Source of the DNA: Chloroflexota bacterium
GTDB taxonomy: Bacteria > Chloroflexota > UBA11872 > VXNJ01
Assembly: GCA_965208775.1 (NCBI GenBank)
Contig: OZ242360.1
Span: forward strand, 2,589,404 to 2,653,403
DNA length: 64,000 bases
Reading direction: 5' to 3'
In this document: positions 1 to 10,388 of the stretch, one piece after another
How the letters are laid out: each line of letters opens with the position of its first letter
How positions within the stretch are numbered: position 1 is the first letter of the stretch
Translations under genes and position numbers: made by a program
The notes under the pieces: model-generated
The model's input: only the letters and a program-made list of their open reading frames with translations
Database searches by the model: none
Told to the model about the DNA's origin: nothing

Positions 1-22
1 GCACATTGCCTCTAGTTTCGGT

Positions 23-364
23 ATGCCGTCTGTCGTTACGGTACTTCTCGACTATGGCGCGAACATCGAGGCGAAGGACGAGGCAGGTTCGACGCCCCTC
101 TTCCTGGCAGCATTGAACGGAGAGCTATCGGTTGTTACCGAATTGCTGGATCGCGGGGGTGACATTGTGGCGGAAAACAACTTCGGCGGCACACCTCTGC
201 ATGCTGCGGCTAGCAGTGGAGAGCTGTCGGTCATAGAGGCGCTGCTTGACCGCGGAGCGATCATTCACGCCCGAGACAACAACGGCCAGACTGCGCTGGA
301 CGTGGCAATCATTCGCAACAACACAGCGGCTATCCAAATGCTGCATGACTACGGCGGTCGGTAG
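23..364 (+). CDS. Ankyrin-repeat protein, 5'-truncated at window edge (tandem ~33-aa repeats with the TPLH.AA..G and LL..GA motifs)
   Basis: ORF translation shows 3+ canonical ANK repeats (GSTPLFLAALNGELSVVTELLDRGGDI; GGTPLHAAASSGELSVIEALLDRGAII; NGQTALDVAI). The N-terminus probably lies upstream of the window. Confidence 0.6.
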   Translation: MPSVVTVLLDYGANIEAKDEAGSTPLFLAALNGELSVVTELLDRGGDIVAENNFGGTPLHAAASSGELSVIEALLDRGAIIHARDNNGQTALDVAIIRNNTAAIQMLHDYGGR

Positions 365-759
365 GCAGGGGACTGCCGGCCTGAGCAACTCCTGTGAGCG
401 ACTAGACCAAGGCCGCCATTGCTTGGGCGGACGAAGGTAACAGGAAACACCCTCTCGGCCCGTCGTGGTGGCCTCGGTCAAACGCCGCTGCTCCTAACAA
501 CTCATAGAGCGCGAAATCGGGTGCGACTAGCTCATCAACGTCGCACTCGCCACCGATAGAATGCGAAGCCTCACAGTGCGTTTAACTTGGAATTTGTAAA
601 CAACTGTCCGATGAGAGCACCCGTCGCCGCTTCGATTTCCTTTAGATGGCCCTACAACTGATGAACTGGTTGGCGATTTGACGGTTTGCATGCTTGCTGA
701 CTTCGCTATCCAGTCGCCGCTGCGAGTTACCTGGCGAGACGCGCGAGGCTTGAGGAAGC

Positions 760-1563
760 TCAGTTTGGCGCTTCTTGGTACCCGTACGACTCGAAGGACA
801 GTATTAGTTTGCGCGGCCTTTCTGCCCGGAATCGATTATTTCGTTCTGCCAAGCGATTTCTGACCAATTCGACCGTGGCCTCGGGCGTTCGCTCAGTGTA
901 GAACACGCTTACGACCGCCCTGTTCGGTATTTGAAGCAGGTTCATGGGTTGCCCCAGCTGGTCCGCTGCGCCGGTGCCCATGGTCCTGCTCAATTCCACG
1001 ATCAAGCGCCATTCGTTTTCGTAGGACCAATGGCGACTCTTTATCGACAAGAGAATTGGTAAATTGGATTCTGGTGAAACTAAGACTCTCGGTCCCAGGA
1101 TCGGGGGTGGTCGGTCGGCGTATTCTACGGCTCGTAGGGACCCGTTCAGACCGGTGAGTTCCCTGAGCTCTTCAGTGTCGTAGCCAATGACGAAGCCGGA
1201 TCCGTCGGTCGTGTAGTGAGACCACATGAGAGGGTGGTGAGGATCGGTAGTAAACGAGATAACACCGAACCTAGTCGAAACTTGCTCCGTGAACAGTTGA
1301 CGTGTAAACAGGCTGCCGTGTTTTCGCCTGGCACGTTGCACATCTTCCTCAGTGACTGGTTTGCTGTCGTTGATCTCAGTGAGGACCTTCGCTAGTTGGC
1401 GATTCTCTTCCGCTTCGTTCGAAATGATGTAATCAGTCATAACTGCGCATTCAAAGGGATCGTTGAGGGCCGCCGGTTGAGTAGCGCGAAGAGTCCCGTC
1501 ACCGACCTCCGGGATGCAAGTGAGAACTCTCGCTGCGCTTACGTATTTGTAGAGGACGTCCAC
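760..1563 (-). CDS. DUF2971-family protein (LYKY...NDPFE motif family)
   Basis: N-terminal VLYKYVSAARVL...LNDPFE, central MWSHYT..GSGFVIGYD and C-terminal W.YENEWRL blocks match the DUF2971 architecture as I remember it. Not verified by search. Confidence 0.45.
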   Translation of the reverse strand: MDVLYKYVSAARVLTCIPEVGDGTLRATQPAALNDPFECAVMTDYIISNEAEENRQLAKVLTEINDSKPVTEEDVQRARRKHGSLFTRQLFTEQVSTRFGVISFTTDPHHPLMWSHYTTDGSGFVIGYDTEELRELTGLNGSLRAVEYADRPPPILGPRVLVSPESNLPILLSIKSRHWSYENEWRLIVELSRTMGTGAADQLGQPMNLLQIPNRAVVSVFYTERTPEATVELVRNRLAERNNRFRAERPRKLILSFESYGYQEAPN

Positions 1564-3050
1564 TTACATGATCCGAAGGCTGCCACCAACCGCTATGTTG
1601 GTCCTGTCCTGCTCCCATGGGTTGAAACACCGGCCATGTTAGTCCGATCAGTATTGGGACAGGTTCAGCAGGTAGGGTAGCCTCCAACGCCAGCGGCATG
1701 TAAGCTGGCGAGTTGCGTGTCCAGGTGCGGTGATACGTCTCCAGCACTGCGCGATCAGTTCGTATGGCTTCCGTAGCGTGAACTAGACTTCGCGGATGAA
1801 CCGCTCCTCCTGCGGCTCGGCGTTGAAGCTCTGCACATAGCCGTTTTCCCTGTGTGAGCTAGATTTGATGTAGAGCGTGCCGGCCCCCCCCTCGCCGGCC
1901 AGCCACCGAATACCTCGGCCGTAAATCCCGGGCCACTTTCGGAGCGGACGGGCGCGCGTACTCATAGTCCCATCATCAACTCGCCTAGAGTCTCAGGCGG
2001 GCTATGAGTTGGTAGGGAAGTTCGTTGGCGCGGTGGTGGGCGTGAGTGCACTGGCGGTTGGGTTTCAATTCATTTTCCAAGTTTCCAAAAAGGGCCTCGT
2101 GGACCTTGATCGAATCTGAGACATCGACGGCCCACTCATGGTCATCGGCGCTCGTCCAGCTGGTGGTCGGTTAACGTCTCAGACGCGCGGCGGGAAACGG
2201 CGGGGGCGGCATTACGCGCGAATACCTGGCAGCCAACGTGCTGCTATACGTTGCGGTGTTCTTGACCCTGTGGCTTCCGTGGAACTGGTTCGACTACCCG
2301 ACAATCGGCGATATCGTGCAGTCGGACGCACGCCGAGTCTTCTGGCCATTCATAGGTCCGCTGTACGTGCCGGTCGCGCGGACCGCCAGCCGTCGTCTCA
2401 GGGGTAGCGGATCGAGCGGATGGTTAGCTAAGTTTGCTCGTTGCCGAGATATCTCCACACCCACTCACCGTCTTGCAGGAGTGGTCTGAATTTGTGGCCG
2501 TGGTACACGAAGACCTCGTCTCCTTGGGCGCATCGAACGGCCTCACGTTCAAGCTTCGTAGTGTCTAGCCAAAGAAGGTCAGCCAGTTCATCGTTGGACA
2601 ACGGGTTCTCATCTTCAAGAGGCCAGAATGCGCCGCTTATGCGCTCATCCATGACCGACTCTCCATACGATCCCGCACTTGCCCGGCTCATTGCCGCACC
2701 GAGTCTTGGGCAAGTCTGCCCCGGTCCGTTTTCTGCATCCCGCCGACTCGATCGTTCTGCCGCACCAATCCCCGGGGCGTGAAGTCCGAGCCCTTGCGCC
2801 CCCTATATGGCCCCCATAGCAGGATGCAGTTCATGATGCCGTTTGCCCCACCCCGGGCGCACAACTGGATATGGTGGAGCTACATGGACTCGAGTTCCAG
2901 CACGCGCCTGCAGCCAGACTGTCCGGCGTTGCGTGGAAGTCGCACGACTTGCTGAAGGGTGCGTCTGTGGAGGTCAGGTGGACGGTTTCGGAGTTCATGC
3001 CGCGCAGGAAGTGTAGGTTGTCGCCGTTGTAGAGCCTTCGATTGAGGAAG

Positions 3051-3614
3051 TTAGGATTGCCCTGCACTCTGCGTTTCTTCGTGCAGTTCACCCAGCCTCT
3101 CAATCGTTTCCTTGTCCACCTTGCCTCTGAATTCCCTTCCAGCGGCTGATTTGAACCACACAGATTTGATGTCCGATGGCTTCTTACCAGCGGCCGCAAC
3201 TTTGCTGAGCAGCTCCGTCGTTTCAGTCCATTCAACTAGTGATTCACCAGCCCCCAGGTTCTGGGGGAACTGATGGTTGGGGTATAACTGCAATCGTGGA
3301 TCTTTGGCACGTCGAAAACGAACTCCAAACATCGTCACGGTCACAGGAATGAAGTTGTGCTGGTTTTGCGCCTCAAAGTAGACCATTTTCTCGCCGCGTG
3401 GACTCGCGACCATGCGCCCTTGAGAGTCCCACTTTACGCCTCCTAATCGCGCTGAAACTTCCAACTTAGGTCGCCCCGACTTCAACCTGAACAGTTCTCC
3501 CAGTACAACTGCCAATAACGAAAAGACACCGGCTGCCGCCCCGCCGCCGAATGCTGCCCAGAATACGTCATCCATACCAATGAACCTCGCTCTCAGGGTT
3601 GCCGAGAAGCTCAC
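3051..3614 (-). CDS. Hypothetical protein with an N-terminal hydrophobic anchor
   Basis: 187-aa ORF with coding-like composition and one predicted TM segment (AAFGGGAAAGVFSLLAVVLGELF). No recognisable domain. Confidence 0.3.
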   Translation of the reverse strand: MSFSATLRARFIGMDDVFWAAFGGGAAAGVFSLLAVVLGELFRLKSGRPKLEVSARLGGVKWDSQGRMVASPRGEKMVYFEAQNQHNFIPVTVTMFGVRFRRAKDPRLQLYPNHQFPQNLGAGESLVEWTETTELLSKVAAAGKKPSDIKSVWFKSAAGREFRGKVDKETIERLGELHEETQSAGQS

Positions 3615-4146
3615 GGCGCACCTGTTCGCTCATAGTTCTACGGCTTCCAAAACTTCACGCCGCCGCCATCAACCCCATCGACAAGAACACGACTAATGTT
3701 GCTGTCAGCTCCACGATGCCCTGCATGGCGACTCCCAGATCGTAAACCTAGCATTGCCGGTCTACAGAAATGCCGCAGCGTTCTATCACAGAAGTCGTGC
3801 TCCCAAGCCACATTGCATTTAATCGAGCCATCGTATCGTTCAACGATCGTGGCTCGCTGTATCCAACGCTCATCACAGGTAGTGCGGTCATCGGGTTCTT
3901 TGGCAGCTCTTAGCGGCTGTCTTGCGGGTACGTCCATCCCTTCCCCCCAATGCTCCTACTGGGTCTCAATCGGCCCAGCGGACGGCGTCGGCAGTCTTCT
4001 GAATGACCGAGGAGACCTCGCGGGCAGACTTAGGGTGTTGCGGCCAACCTGCCTAGCGAGCCAGTTCCGCGCAGTCCAGCTCGATACTTGTGCCTTCTGG
4101 AGTCGACTCACAAGATCAAGAGTCTCACTCCTAATTCAGACGGTAA

Positions 4147-5349
4147 TCAGGCGGCTCGATCCCGCGCTTCTGATTTCATGCTCTTGATCCGCTGCGCCAA
4201 CCGATCGATCTGTCCCAGGATTTCATCCGGCGACCCTCCCAGGTCAAGAGTCTCGATCAAGAGGCGCTTCCCCACGTGGACGATCTCGTGCGCGCCCCGC
4301 TCGCCTTCTCCCGCCGCATATATCAGGAGTCCCTGCGGCAGGTCGGCGGCGATCGTGTACGACAGAAGCTGGTATAGATCGGGGTGCTTGATTCCACGGG
4401 CTTCCAGGCGCTTGTATTTCACATCCCCGACGAACAGGCACTGGCTCAAATCCCACCAGCTCAAGTCAGGCTGCACCTTGATCTTGCCTGCCTCATCCAG
4501 ACCCAGCGATTCCCCCTGCCTTAAGGTGTGCATGGTCAATCCGAGCTTCTCTCGCAGCGCCGTCACAACGAAGTCCTCGAATACCCCGTTCATGTCGACC
4601 AGAAACGACGTCGACCGCACTTGCCCATGCCGCAGCTCGAACGAGCACGATTGCAGAATCAGCTTCGCCAGCTCTACCGCCGGGCGGTAGTGGCTGTTCA
4701 GGGGAGTCCAGGTGATATCGGGCAGCCTGGCGCGATGGAATTCAACGGCGCTCACCGAAGCCAGCGCCCCGTCAAACTCCCTGAGCAGGTTTCTCGTGGA
4801 CGGCAATCTATGCCGCATCCTGCGCAGCCGCCGTATCGCGGCCTTGATGAGCCGGTTGGGATCGATGTCCTCGGTGAACTCGTCGTAGCGAACCTCGATG
4901 GGCGGCGCGATGCCAAAGCGGTGGCGAATCTGGTCATCGAATCTGATCCGGCCGCGCACGGTCGCTAGAGCATCCTCCTCGACCCGATAGCCTTGCAGGA
5001 CGCCCCGGCGAAACGCGCGTCGGATTTGCCGCATAAATCCCGGAACGACGGCCTCGACGAGCGAGTCCTCCACTCCGAAGTCGAATCCCGAATCTCGCCA
5101 TTTCTTCGGGTCCAGCGCGTAGGAAATCAGGAACATCACCCTGTCGAGTGGAATCTTGGGTCTGATCTCGACGGCGAGTGAACCCGCGCTGAGCGCTCCG
5201 ATCCACGATCCGGGCGTCAGGTCGTACAGGCCCTGTGCGCCTTGGGTTGGAGCCACGTCGATCTTGTTGTCGCGGAGAAAGTCCCGCTCCTCTACCGAAA
5301 GCTCGACCGCGGACTCAGGTTTGTATTCAGTCAGTTGGAGATGGCGCAT
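4147..5349 (-). CDS. mcrC: McrC-like subunit of a McrBC-type restriction system (probable start at internal Met, 401 aa)
   Basis: Immediately downstream of a McrB-like GTPase and co-oriented with it. The tracked ORF runs to 5619, but that overlaps mcrB by ~290 nt; an ATG at 5349 (MRHLQLTEYKP...) gives a 23-nt overlap instead. Size and position fit McrC. The catalytic PD-(D/E)xK motif was not checked by eye. Confidence 0.5.
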   Translation of the reverse strand: MRHLQLTEYKPESAVELSVEERDFLRDNKIDVAPTQGAQGLYDLTPGSWIGALSAGSLAVEIRPKIPLDRVMFLISYALDPKKWRDSGFDFGVEDSLVEAVVPGFMRQIRRAFRRGVLQGYRVEEDALATVRGRIRFDDQIRHRFGIAPPIEVRYDEFTEDIDPNRLIKAAIRRLRRMRHRLPSTRNLLREFDGALASVSAVEFHRARLPDITWTPLNSHYRPAVELAKLILQSCSFELRHGQVRSTSFLVDMNGVFEDFVVTALREKLGLTMHTLRQGESLGLDEAGKIKVQPDLSWWDLSQCLFVGDVKYKRLEARGIKHPDLYQLLSYTIAADLPQGLLIYAAGEGERGAHEIVHVGKRLLIETLDLGGSPDEILGQIDRLAQRIKSMKSEARDRAA

Positions 5350-7750
5350 CGCCACTGCTTTCAGTCGCGGACTCAGGAGTTTCGGCGAGGCCAATCCGTT
5401 GGCGAACTTTCTCCAATTCGAAGTCCCGGTAACGGTCGCCCTCGCCGAGGAGTTGATCCTGAATATAGGGCAAGACCGAGTGCTTCCAGATACGCTCGAT
5501 CCACTCTTCATCCAGGTTATCGCGCATGAAGTGGCTTGGTCCCACGGCCGCCTGACGGTCGTCCAGTTCCCTATTGACCTGATCCACCGCATCGGCGATC
5601 CACTCGAGGTCTGACTCATTCTCTTTCAGCCATCGGTGCAGCAGTCCCTCGATGGGCTCTTCGTCCGGGAAGAACGGCACGAAATGGAACCTCCTCCGCA
5701 GCGCCGCGTCCAGCAGCGAAATCGTCCGGTCGGCGGTGTTCATCGTGCCGATGATCCACAGGTTCTCCGGCAGCGAGAACTCCCGTTCGGAATACTGGAG
5801 CTCGATGTTCTGGTCCCGATATTCGAGCAGGAAGTAAAGCTCGCCGAAGACCTTCGCAAGATTGCCCCGGTTGATCTCGTCGATGATCAGGACGTGTATC
5901 GCCTGCGAGTCGCTCCCGCGCGCTTGGTCGGCGAGCCGCCTCAGCGGCCCCTTCCGCAGCTTGAAGCCCGGCTGGCCACTATCAAGCTCGGCGGGACGAA
6001 ACCCCTCCACGAAATCCTCGTAGGCGTACGATGGATGGAACTGCACCAGCAGGACCGCCCCTGCGTCTCCCGCAACAGTCTCGGCAAACTTCCTCGCAAC
6101 GTACGTCTTCCCAGTCCCCGGTGGCCCATAGAAGATCACCTGCCGCTTGTCCTCGAGCAGGCGTTCTATCTCCTCCAAGTGGGCTACGTCGATGTGGACA
6201 TCGGCGGCGAGTTTCTCGAAGCTCGTCTCCTCCTTGCCATCCACTTCACCCTCGAATTCTTTATCGTCAGCGACATCGATCCCCCCTCGATACCGGCGGA
6301 ACGCTTCCCGCTCTGCCTCCGACAGCGGGAGGTCTTCGACGGGCCACTTGACCATTAGCCAGAGCAGCGATTGAGCGTCCAGCCTATCCCGCAGCTCTAG
6401 CCCTCGTTTCGATGCTTCCTCCAGAACCCTGTCGAAGAAGGCAAGCGCGTGGTCGTAGGTTTCGGCTTCGTCGGCCTCGCTTGGAGGATAGGAGTATCCA
6501 GTCAAGTCGAAGCCCTTTTCGAGAGCCGTGACTTGATAGGTCGGATAGTCGACAGCACTAACGCCCATCATGAGAAAGGCCATCAGGTTTAAGCGAGTAC
6601 CCCTTCCACTGAGAACGTCACGAGGAAGCCGCTTCGAGAACCCTCGCACCCGCTCATGAGCAGAAACGTCTGACATCCAAATCGCGGCCAGCGCCGCTTG
6701 AGCTTGCCTTGGTTCGTGCCTCAACCACCTTAGGAAGTTGTCGTACGTGAAAAATGGCACTAAGGGGTATTTGTGCTTGAATACTGGTTCGAGCGACTCG
6801 ACCCACTCCTTGCTCTGCCAATCTTCGATCGTCCGCCCCCTCCCAATCGGCCCCCTCTCTAATTGCTCGGCGATTTTGACCTTGTAGTCGCGCTCCGTCT
6901 CATCAAATCTCGGCCAGGTATACAGTCGTCTCGCCCAATGAATGAAGTGTGCCCACGGGTCTGCTTCCCACTTCCACAACGAGCCAACTGGCCTCTCATA
7001 GAAGCCAAAACCTTCCGCGTACCCGTAGACAGCGGTCAGCCGAGTGCGTATCTCGGCAATCTTCCTGTCGATGTCGTCAGTTGGCTTAATGAGCAGGTAA
7101 TCGAAAGCGCCAACGAACGCGCGCTTGTCGTTCTGGGTCACCATAGGCTCGAACACGTCGGGATATACCAGATGCAGGACGGCGTCGCGCTGAGTCTGAG
7201 ATCCGGGGGCGTTTACCTCATATAGTGCACTCTTGAAGGTATAAGGACGACGCAGTGCCTCGTCTTGCTCATCGTCACTAAGCCGCTTCCATTTCCTTAG
7301 GAACTGACCGATGAGAGATATCTGCCTATTTCTATTGCTGCCGAACGCTCTTCCGGGATGCACAATGCCAAAGTCAAGGACCTCGTCGAGGTCTTCGGGA
7401 ATGGCTATCGGACTGTCGGCCCAACGTTGCCCGCTGACAAGTTCCCGTTTTCTTCGGCCCCCCACCGCCTGGGGTACGGGAAGCAAGAGGTGGACATAGA
7501 GAATCTCTGCCGCCAGTTGAATCGTCTGGGGCGGAGCGCCGGCTAACAGCCGATTGAACTTGACTTCGAACGAATCGGACGATTCGTCCTCCTGTAACAC
7601 GAACCGGTTATAGAAGTCCTCGAGACTCGACTGGGACCAAATCGGTTCTCCCGGCGTAAAGAGCGAGTCATCACTCCTAAACGCCGCGTCCACCCATCGA
7701 CTTGCCGCCCAATAGACGGCTTCTGCTCCACGCCCGGTCTTCTTCGCCAT
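5327..7750 (-). CDS. mcrB: McrB-family AAA+ GTPase with a ~520-aa uncharacterised N-terminal domain
   Basis: C-terminal half contains GPPGTGKT (Walker A), LIIDEINRGN and GTMNTADRS, the McrB GTPase signatures. The N-terminal ~520 aa has no domain I recognise. Confidence 0.75.
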   Translation of the reverse strand: MAKKTGRGAEAVYWAASRWVDAAFRSDDSLFTPGEPIWSQSSLEDFYNRFVLQEDESSDSFEVKFNRLLAGAPPQTIQLAAEILYVHLLLPVPQAVGGRRKRELVSGQRWADSPIAIPEDLDEVLDFGIVHPGRAFGSNRNRQISLIGQFLRKWKRLSDDEQDEALRRPYTFKSALYEVNAPGSQTQRDAVLHLVYPDVFEPMVTQNDKRAFVGAFDYLLIKPTDDIDRKIAEIRTRLTAVYGYAEGFGFYERPVGSLWKWEADPWAHFIHWARRLYTWPRFDETERDYKVKIAEQLERGPIGRGRTIEDWQSKEWVESLEPVFKHKYPLVPFFTYDNFLRWLRHEPRQAQAALAAIWMSDVSAHERVRGFSKRLPRDVLSGRGTRLNLMAFLMMGVSAVDYPTYQVTALEKGFDLTGYSYPPSEADEAETYDHALAFFDRVLEEASKRGLELRDRLDAQSLLWLMVKWPVEDLPLSEAEREAFRRYRGGIDVADDKEFEGEVDGKEETSFEKLAADVHIDVAHLEEIERLLEDKRQVIFYGPPGTGKTYVARKFAETVAGDAGAVLLVQFHPSYAYEDFVEGFRPAELDSGQPGFKLRKGPLRRLADQARGSDSQAIHVLIIDEINRGNLAKVFGELYFLLEYRDQNIELQYSEREFSLPENLWIIGTMNTADRTISLLDAALRRRFHFVPFFPDEEPIEGLLHRWLKENESDLEWIADAVDQVNRELDDRQAAVGPSHFMRDNLDEEWIERIWKHSVLPYIQDQLLGEGDRYRDFELEKVRQRIGLAETPESATESSGDAPSPTD

Positions 7751-8410
7751 TCCCTTCCTCCCTCGAGCTGCTCGCTAGTTCGGTGCCGTAATGCCGTTGC
7801 ACGCGTGCACGGCGATCGCGTGGACACCGCCATTCAGCTGCCATCAAATGGGCGCCTCGAAGTATGAGGTCCCCAAGGCTATCCGAACCGACAGCTGCCG
7901 GGAACAGGCTGCCGACGAGCGAGTTTAGAAGGCTAATGGGATTGAGGCATTGAAGTACCCGAAGGTACAGGTTCAGTGTTGCAATGAGGAGTCCGGCTGC
8001 AGAACGGGCTGAAGGATTGACCGGAAGTGATGGCTCACGCCTGCGCGGCACGTACAGCGAAGCCAGAAACGGGAATCAGTACTCTCTCCAGTGAGTTTCC
8101 AATGACCCGAAACAAGCGAACTGCCGCGGGTCGTTTGGAGTCTCTACAGCCCGATTCGCCTTTTCCGTTCTTTACGATTTTCGGAGTGCAGAACTTGCAC
8201 GCAGGGATTGGGGGTAGGTGGTGTTCGTTGCACAATCAGTGGGCATTGTCGTGCGCAGATTTTCGAGTTCCCAGGAGCCGCCTTCCGTCCGAGCGACGAC
8301 GAGCCTCACTATGAGTTCTACTCATCTCTCACGGTTCAGGCGTGCGCAACGTCAGGTCTGCTCAACTACTTCGCGAACTCAACTCATAGGGTCGAGCCGA
8401 GTTTCGCTGG

Positions 8411-9294
8411 CTAGCCCTGCGGAAAACCAAGCTGACAATGACCGCACGCGCGCCCGATCGGGATGCGCCTACGCACCAACTCGCAGTAGCTGCAGCCATG
8501 TATTCCGAAGAACCAGAGCGCCGGGTCGAGCGCCGCACAGCTGCCCTGAATACCCGGTGGACCGCCGATGCGTGCCTTCGCAACCGCCCGGCGCCATGCC
8601 GACTGAATCACCGGTTTGGCCGCTCGGATCGAGCGGCCGCGCGTGTCGGCCACTCCCAGGTTCTCGGTCACGCGGCGCACATGCACGTCTACCGCGACGG
8701 GGATCGTATCCATACGGTCGATCTTCGCCCCACCGGGATTTGCGAGCATCCGCACCCACATCGGCCCGACCTTGGGACCGCGGAGTATCGGATAGCGGGA
8801 GCTACCGGCTTGGTCGACGGTCTTCAGGTCGACCAGCAAGTCCTGAGCATCTCCAACGCCCTGTTCGACGGCCGCGCTTACGGGACTGTTGCTAGACCCA
8901 AGGCTGCTTGCAATTCTGCTCCATGCGCGCGTATCCGGCCCGTGACGCTGGCTGACCCGGAAGGAAGATAAAACATCGCGGAGTTGATGGATCGGGATCG
9001 CCGCGGTGACTGCGGGATCGAAGAGCTCGGGATGCGAATCGTAGAGTGCCAAGCCAGCGTTCCACAGGCGGGCGGCGTCTCGGACACGGTCCATGGCGGC
9101 GATGAAGGTCAGGAACAGGCGCACGGTCCGGTCTGACGCGCCCGACTGCTTTAGGCGCCGGGTGGTTTCCACCTCCGGCAACTGAGACCACGGGCTGCTG
9201 GCGGCGTCGCGTCTCGCAGATAGGTCAAGGCGATTCTCGTAGAAGTCGCTGGCGATCAGCTCGGCGAGTCTGGAGGCGTCGGTAGGCTGGGTCA
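8411..9294 (-). CDS. Hypothetical protein with a C-terminal Cys cluster (CSYCE...CGHC); probable start at MTQPTDASRLAEL
   Basis: Coding-like ORF. The tracked ORF begins at 9412, but an internal Met at 9294 is more plausible. C-x2-C...C-x2-C cluster at the C-terminus. Confidence 0.35.
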
Positions 9295-10244
9295 TGCAAG
9301 GCAGTTTAGAGCCAATTGTCACGCATAATATACGAGGTGGTTCAAGAGCCGCACGACAGGAGGTCAAGATCATCCGTTTGTCGAACTTGAAGCGCTTTAT
9401 CTCCGTGATCATTCTTGCCGGAGGCTTGTCGGCAGTGGTTGGAACGGCTGCCGCTCACGAGGACGACAGGACCGACGAGTGGCCGATGACGTGTGTCGAT
9501 TTGAACGACATCGTCGAATAGCACCTCAGCAACCCCCACAACGTCGGCATCTATCAGAACACCATCGGCGACCAAGCCGAAGCCGCCTGCCAGAGCGACC
9601 ACCGCAACGACGTGCGCTCCGTCTTCGCCTGGGCTGTTGGGAGAACTGACGACGCTGCCGCGGCGCCACCGTCCCAAGCCTTCCTCGAATTGACGGTAAC
9701 GAGAGCCGACGCTCCGGCAGACCTACCGCGATGCGATCGCGACGAGTGGGGACGCTGGCGCGATGCCGACAGCGACTGCCAGGACACGTGACAAGAAGTC
9801 CTTGCTGACGAGAGCCTCGTGCCGGTCACGTACAAAACCGACCGGCAATGCAGAGTTGCAACCGGCGAGTGGTTCGGAGCGTTCACGGGAACGACGGTCG
9901 AGGAGCCGGGCACCTTGGACATCGACCACCTCGTACCGCTCGCGAACGCGCACAAATCAGGCGCTTGGGCGTGGTCAAAGGAAGGGAAACACGCCTATTA
10001 CAACAGCCTGGACGACGCAGACCACCTGATTGCGGTGACAGCGAGTGCCAACCGGTCCAAGGGTGCCCGAGGCCCGGACGAGTGGCGACCGACCAACGAA
10101 GCTTACTGGTGCGAATACGCGAGAGACTGGGTCAGGATCAAGGGGGCGTGGGGACTGACGGTGACCTCAGCCGAGGCGCAGGCGCTTGAAGAGATGCTGA
10201 GCCGCTGCGATGCGCCGACGCGAATCGTGATTACCCTGAGCTGA
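9294..10244 (+). pseudogene. Secreted DUF1524/HNH-type nuclease gene disrupted by two in-frame nonsense codons (TAG 9519-9521, TGA 9789-9791)
   Basis: One frame, read through both stops, gives a signal peptide (IILAGGLSAVVGTAAA), then ...RCDRDEWGRWRDADSDCQDT*QEVLADE... and the DUF1524 core DIDHLVPLANAHKSGAWAW...ASANRSKG..PDEWRP. The two stops split it into tracked ORFs 9294-9521 and 9819-10244. Confidence 0.55.
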
Positions 10245-10388
10245 CGGCGGTGGAACCGGGCGACGATGAGTGCGGGCTTCCTCCCGCCTTGCCGGTACAT
10301 TTTTACTCCGCCGTTTACACTGCGAAAAGGCAGCCGGCTGAGCGGCGTATTGATGGAGCCAAGAGTGGTGTGACTGCTTCGCAGCGGA

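Noticed and set aside
4147-5619. Full 490-aa tracked ORF for mcrC
   Set aside because: Its first 90 codons overlap the mcrB 3' end by ~290 nt in another frame. The internal start at 5349 gives the usual short McrB/McrC overlap, so the long form was not used.
5636-6374. Plus-strand ORFs of 240/106/75 aa antisense to mcrB, and similar antisense ORFs opposite cas1/cas6e (26733-27734), cas7 (28947-30050), the 549-aa gene (38000-39193) and hsdM (50181-51416, Arg-rich alternative frame)
   Set aside because: High-GC genomes produce long stop-free antisense/off-frame ORFs. Their products are Arg/Pro/Ala-rich low-complexity sequences, and they fully overlap genes with clear domain signatures.
9519-9791. 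Possibility that the two in-frame stops in the DUF1524 gene reflect stop-codon reassignment or selenocysteine
   Set aside because: Two different stop codons (TAG and TGA) are involved; all other genes in the window terminate conventionally with TAA/TAG/TGA at expected lengths. Pseudogenisation is the simpler explanation.
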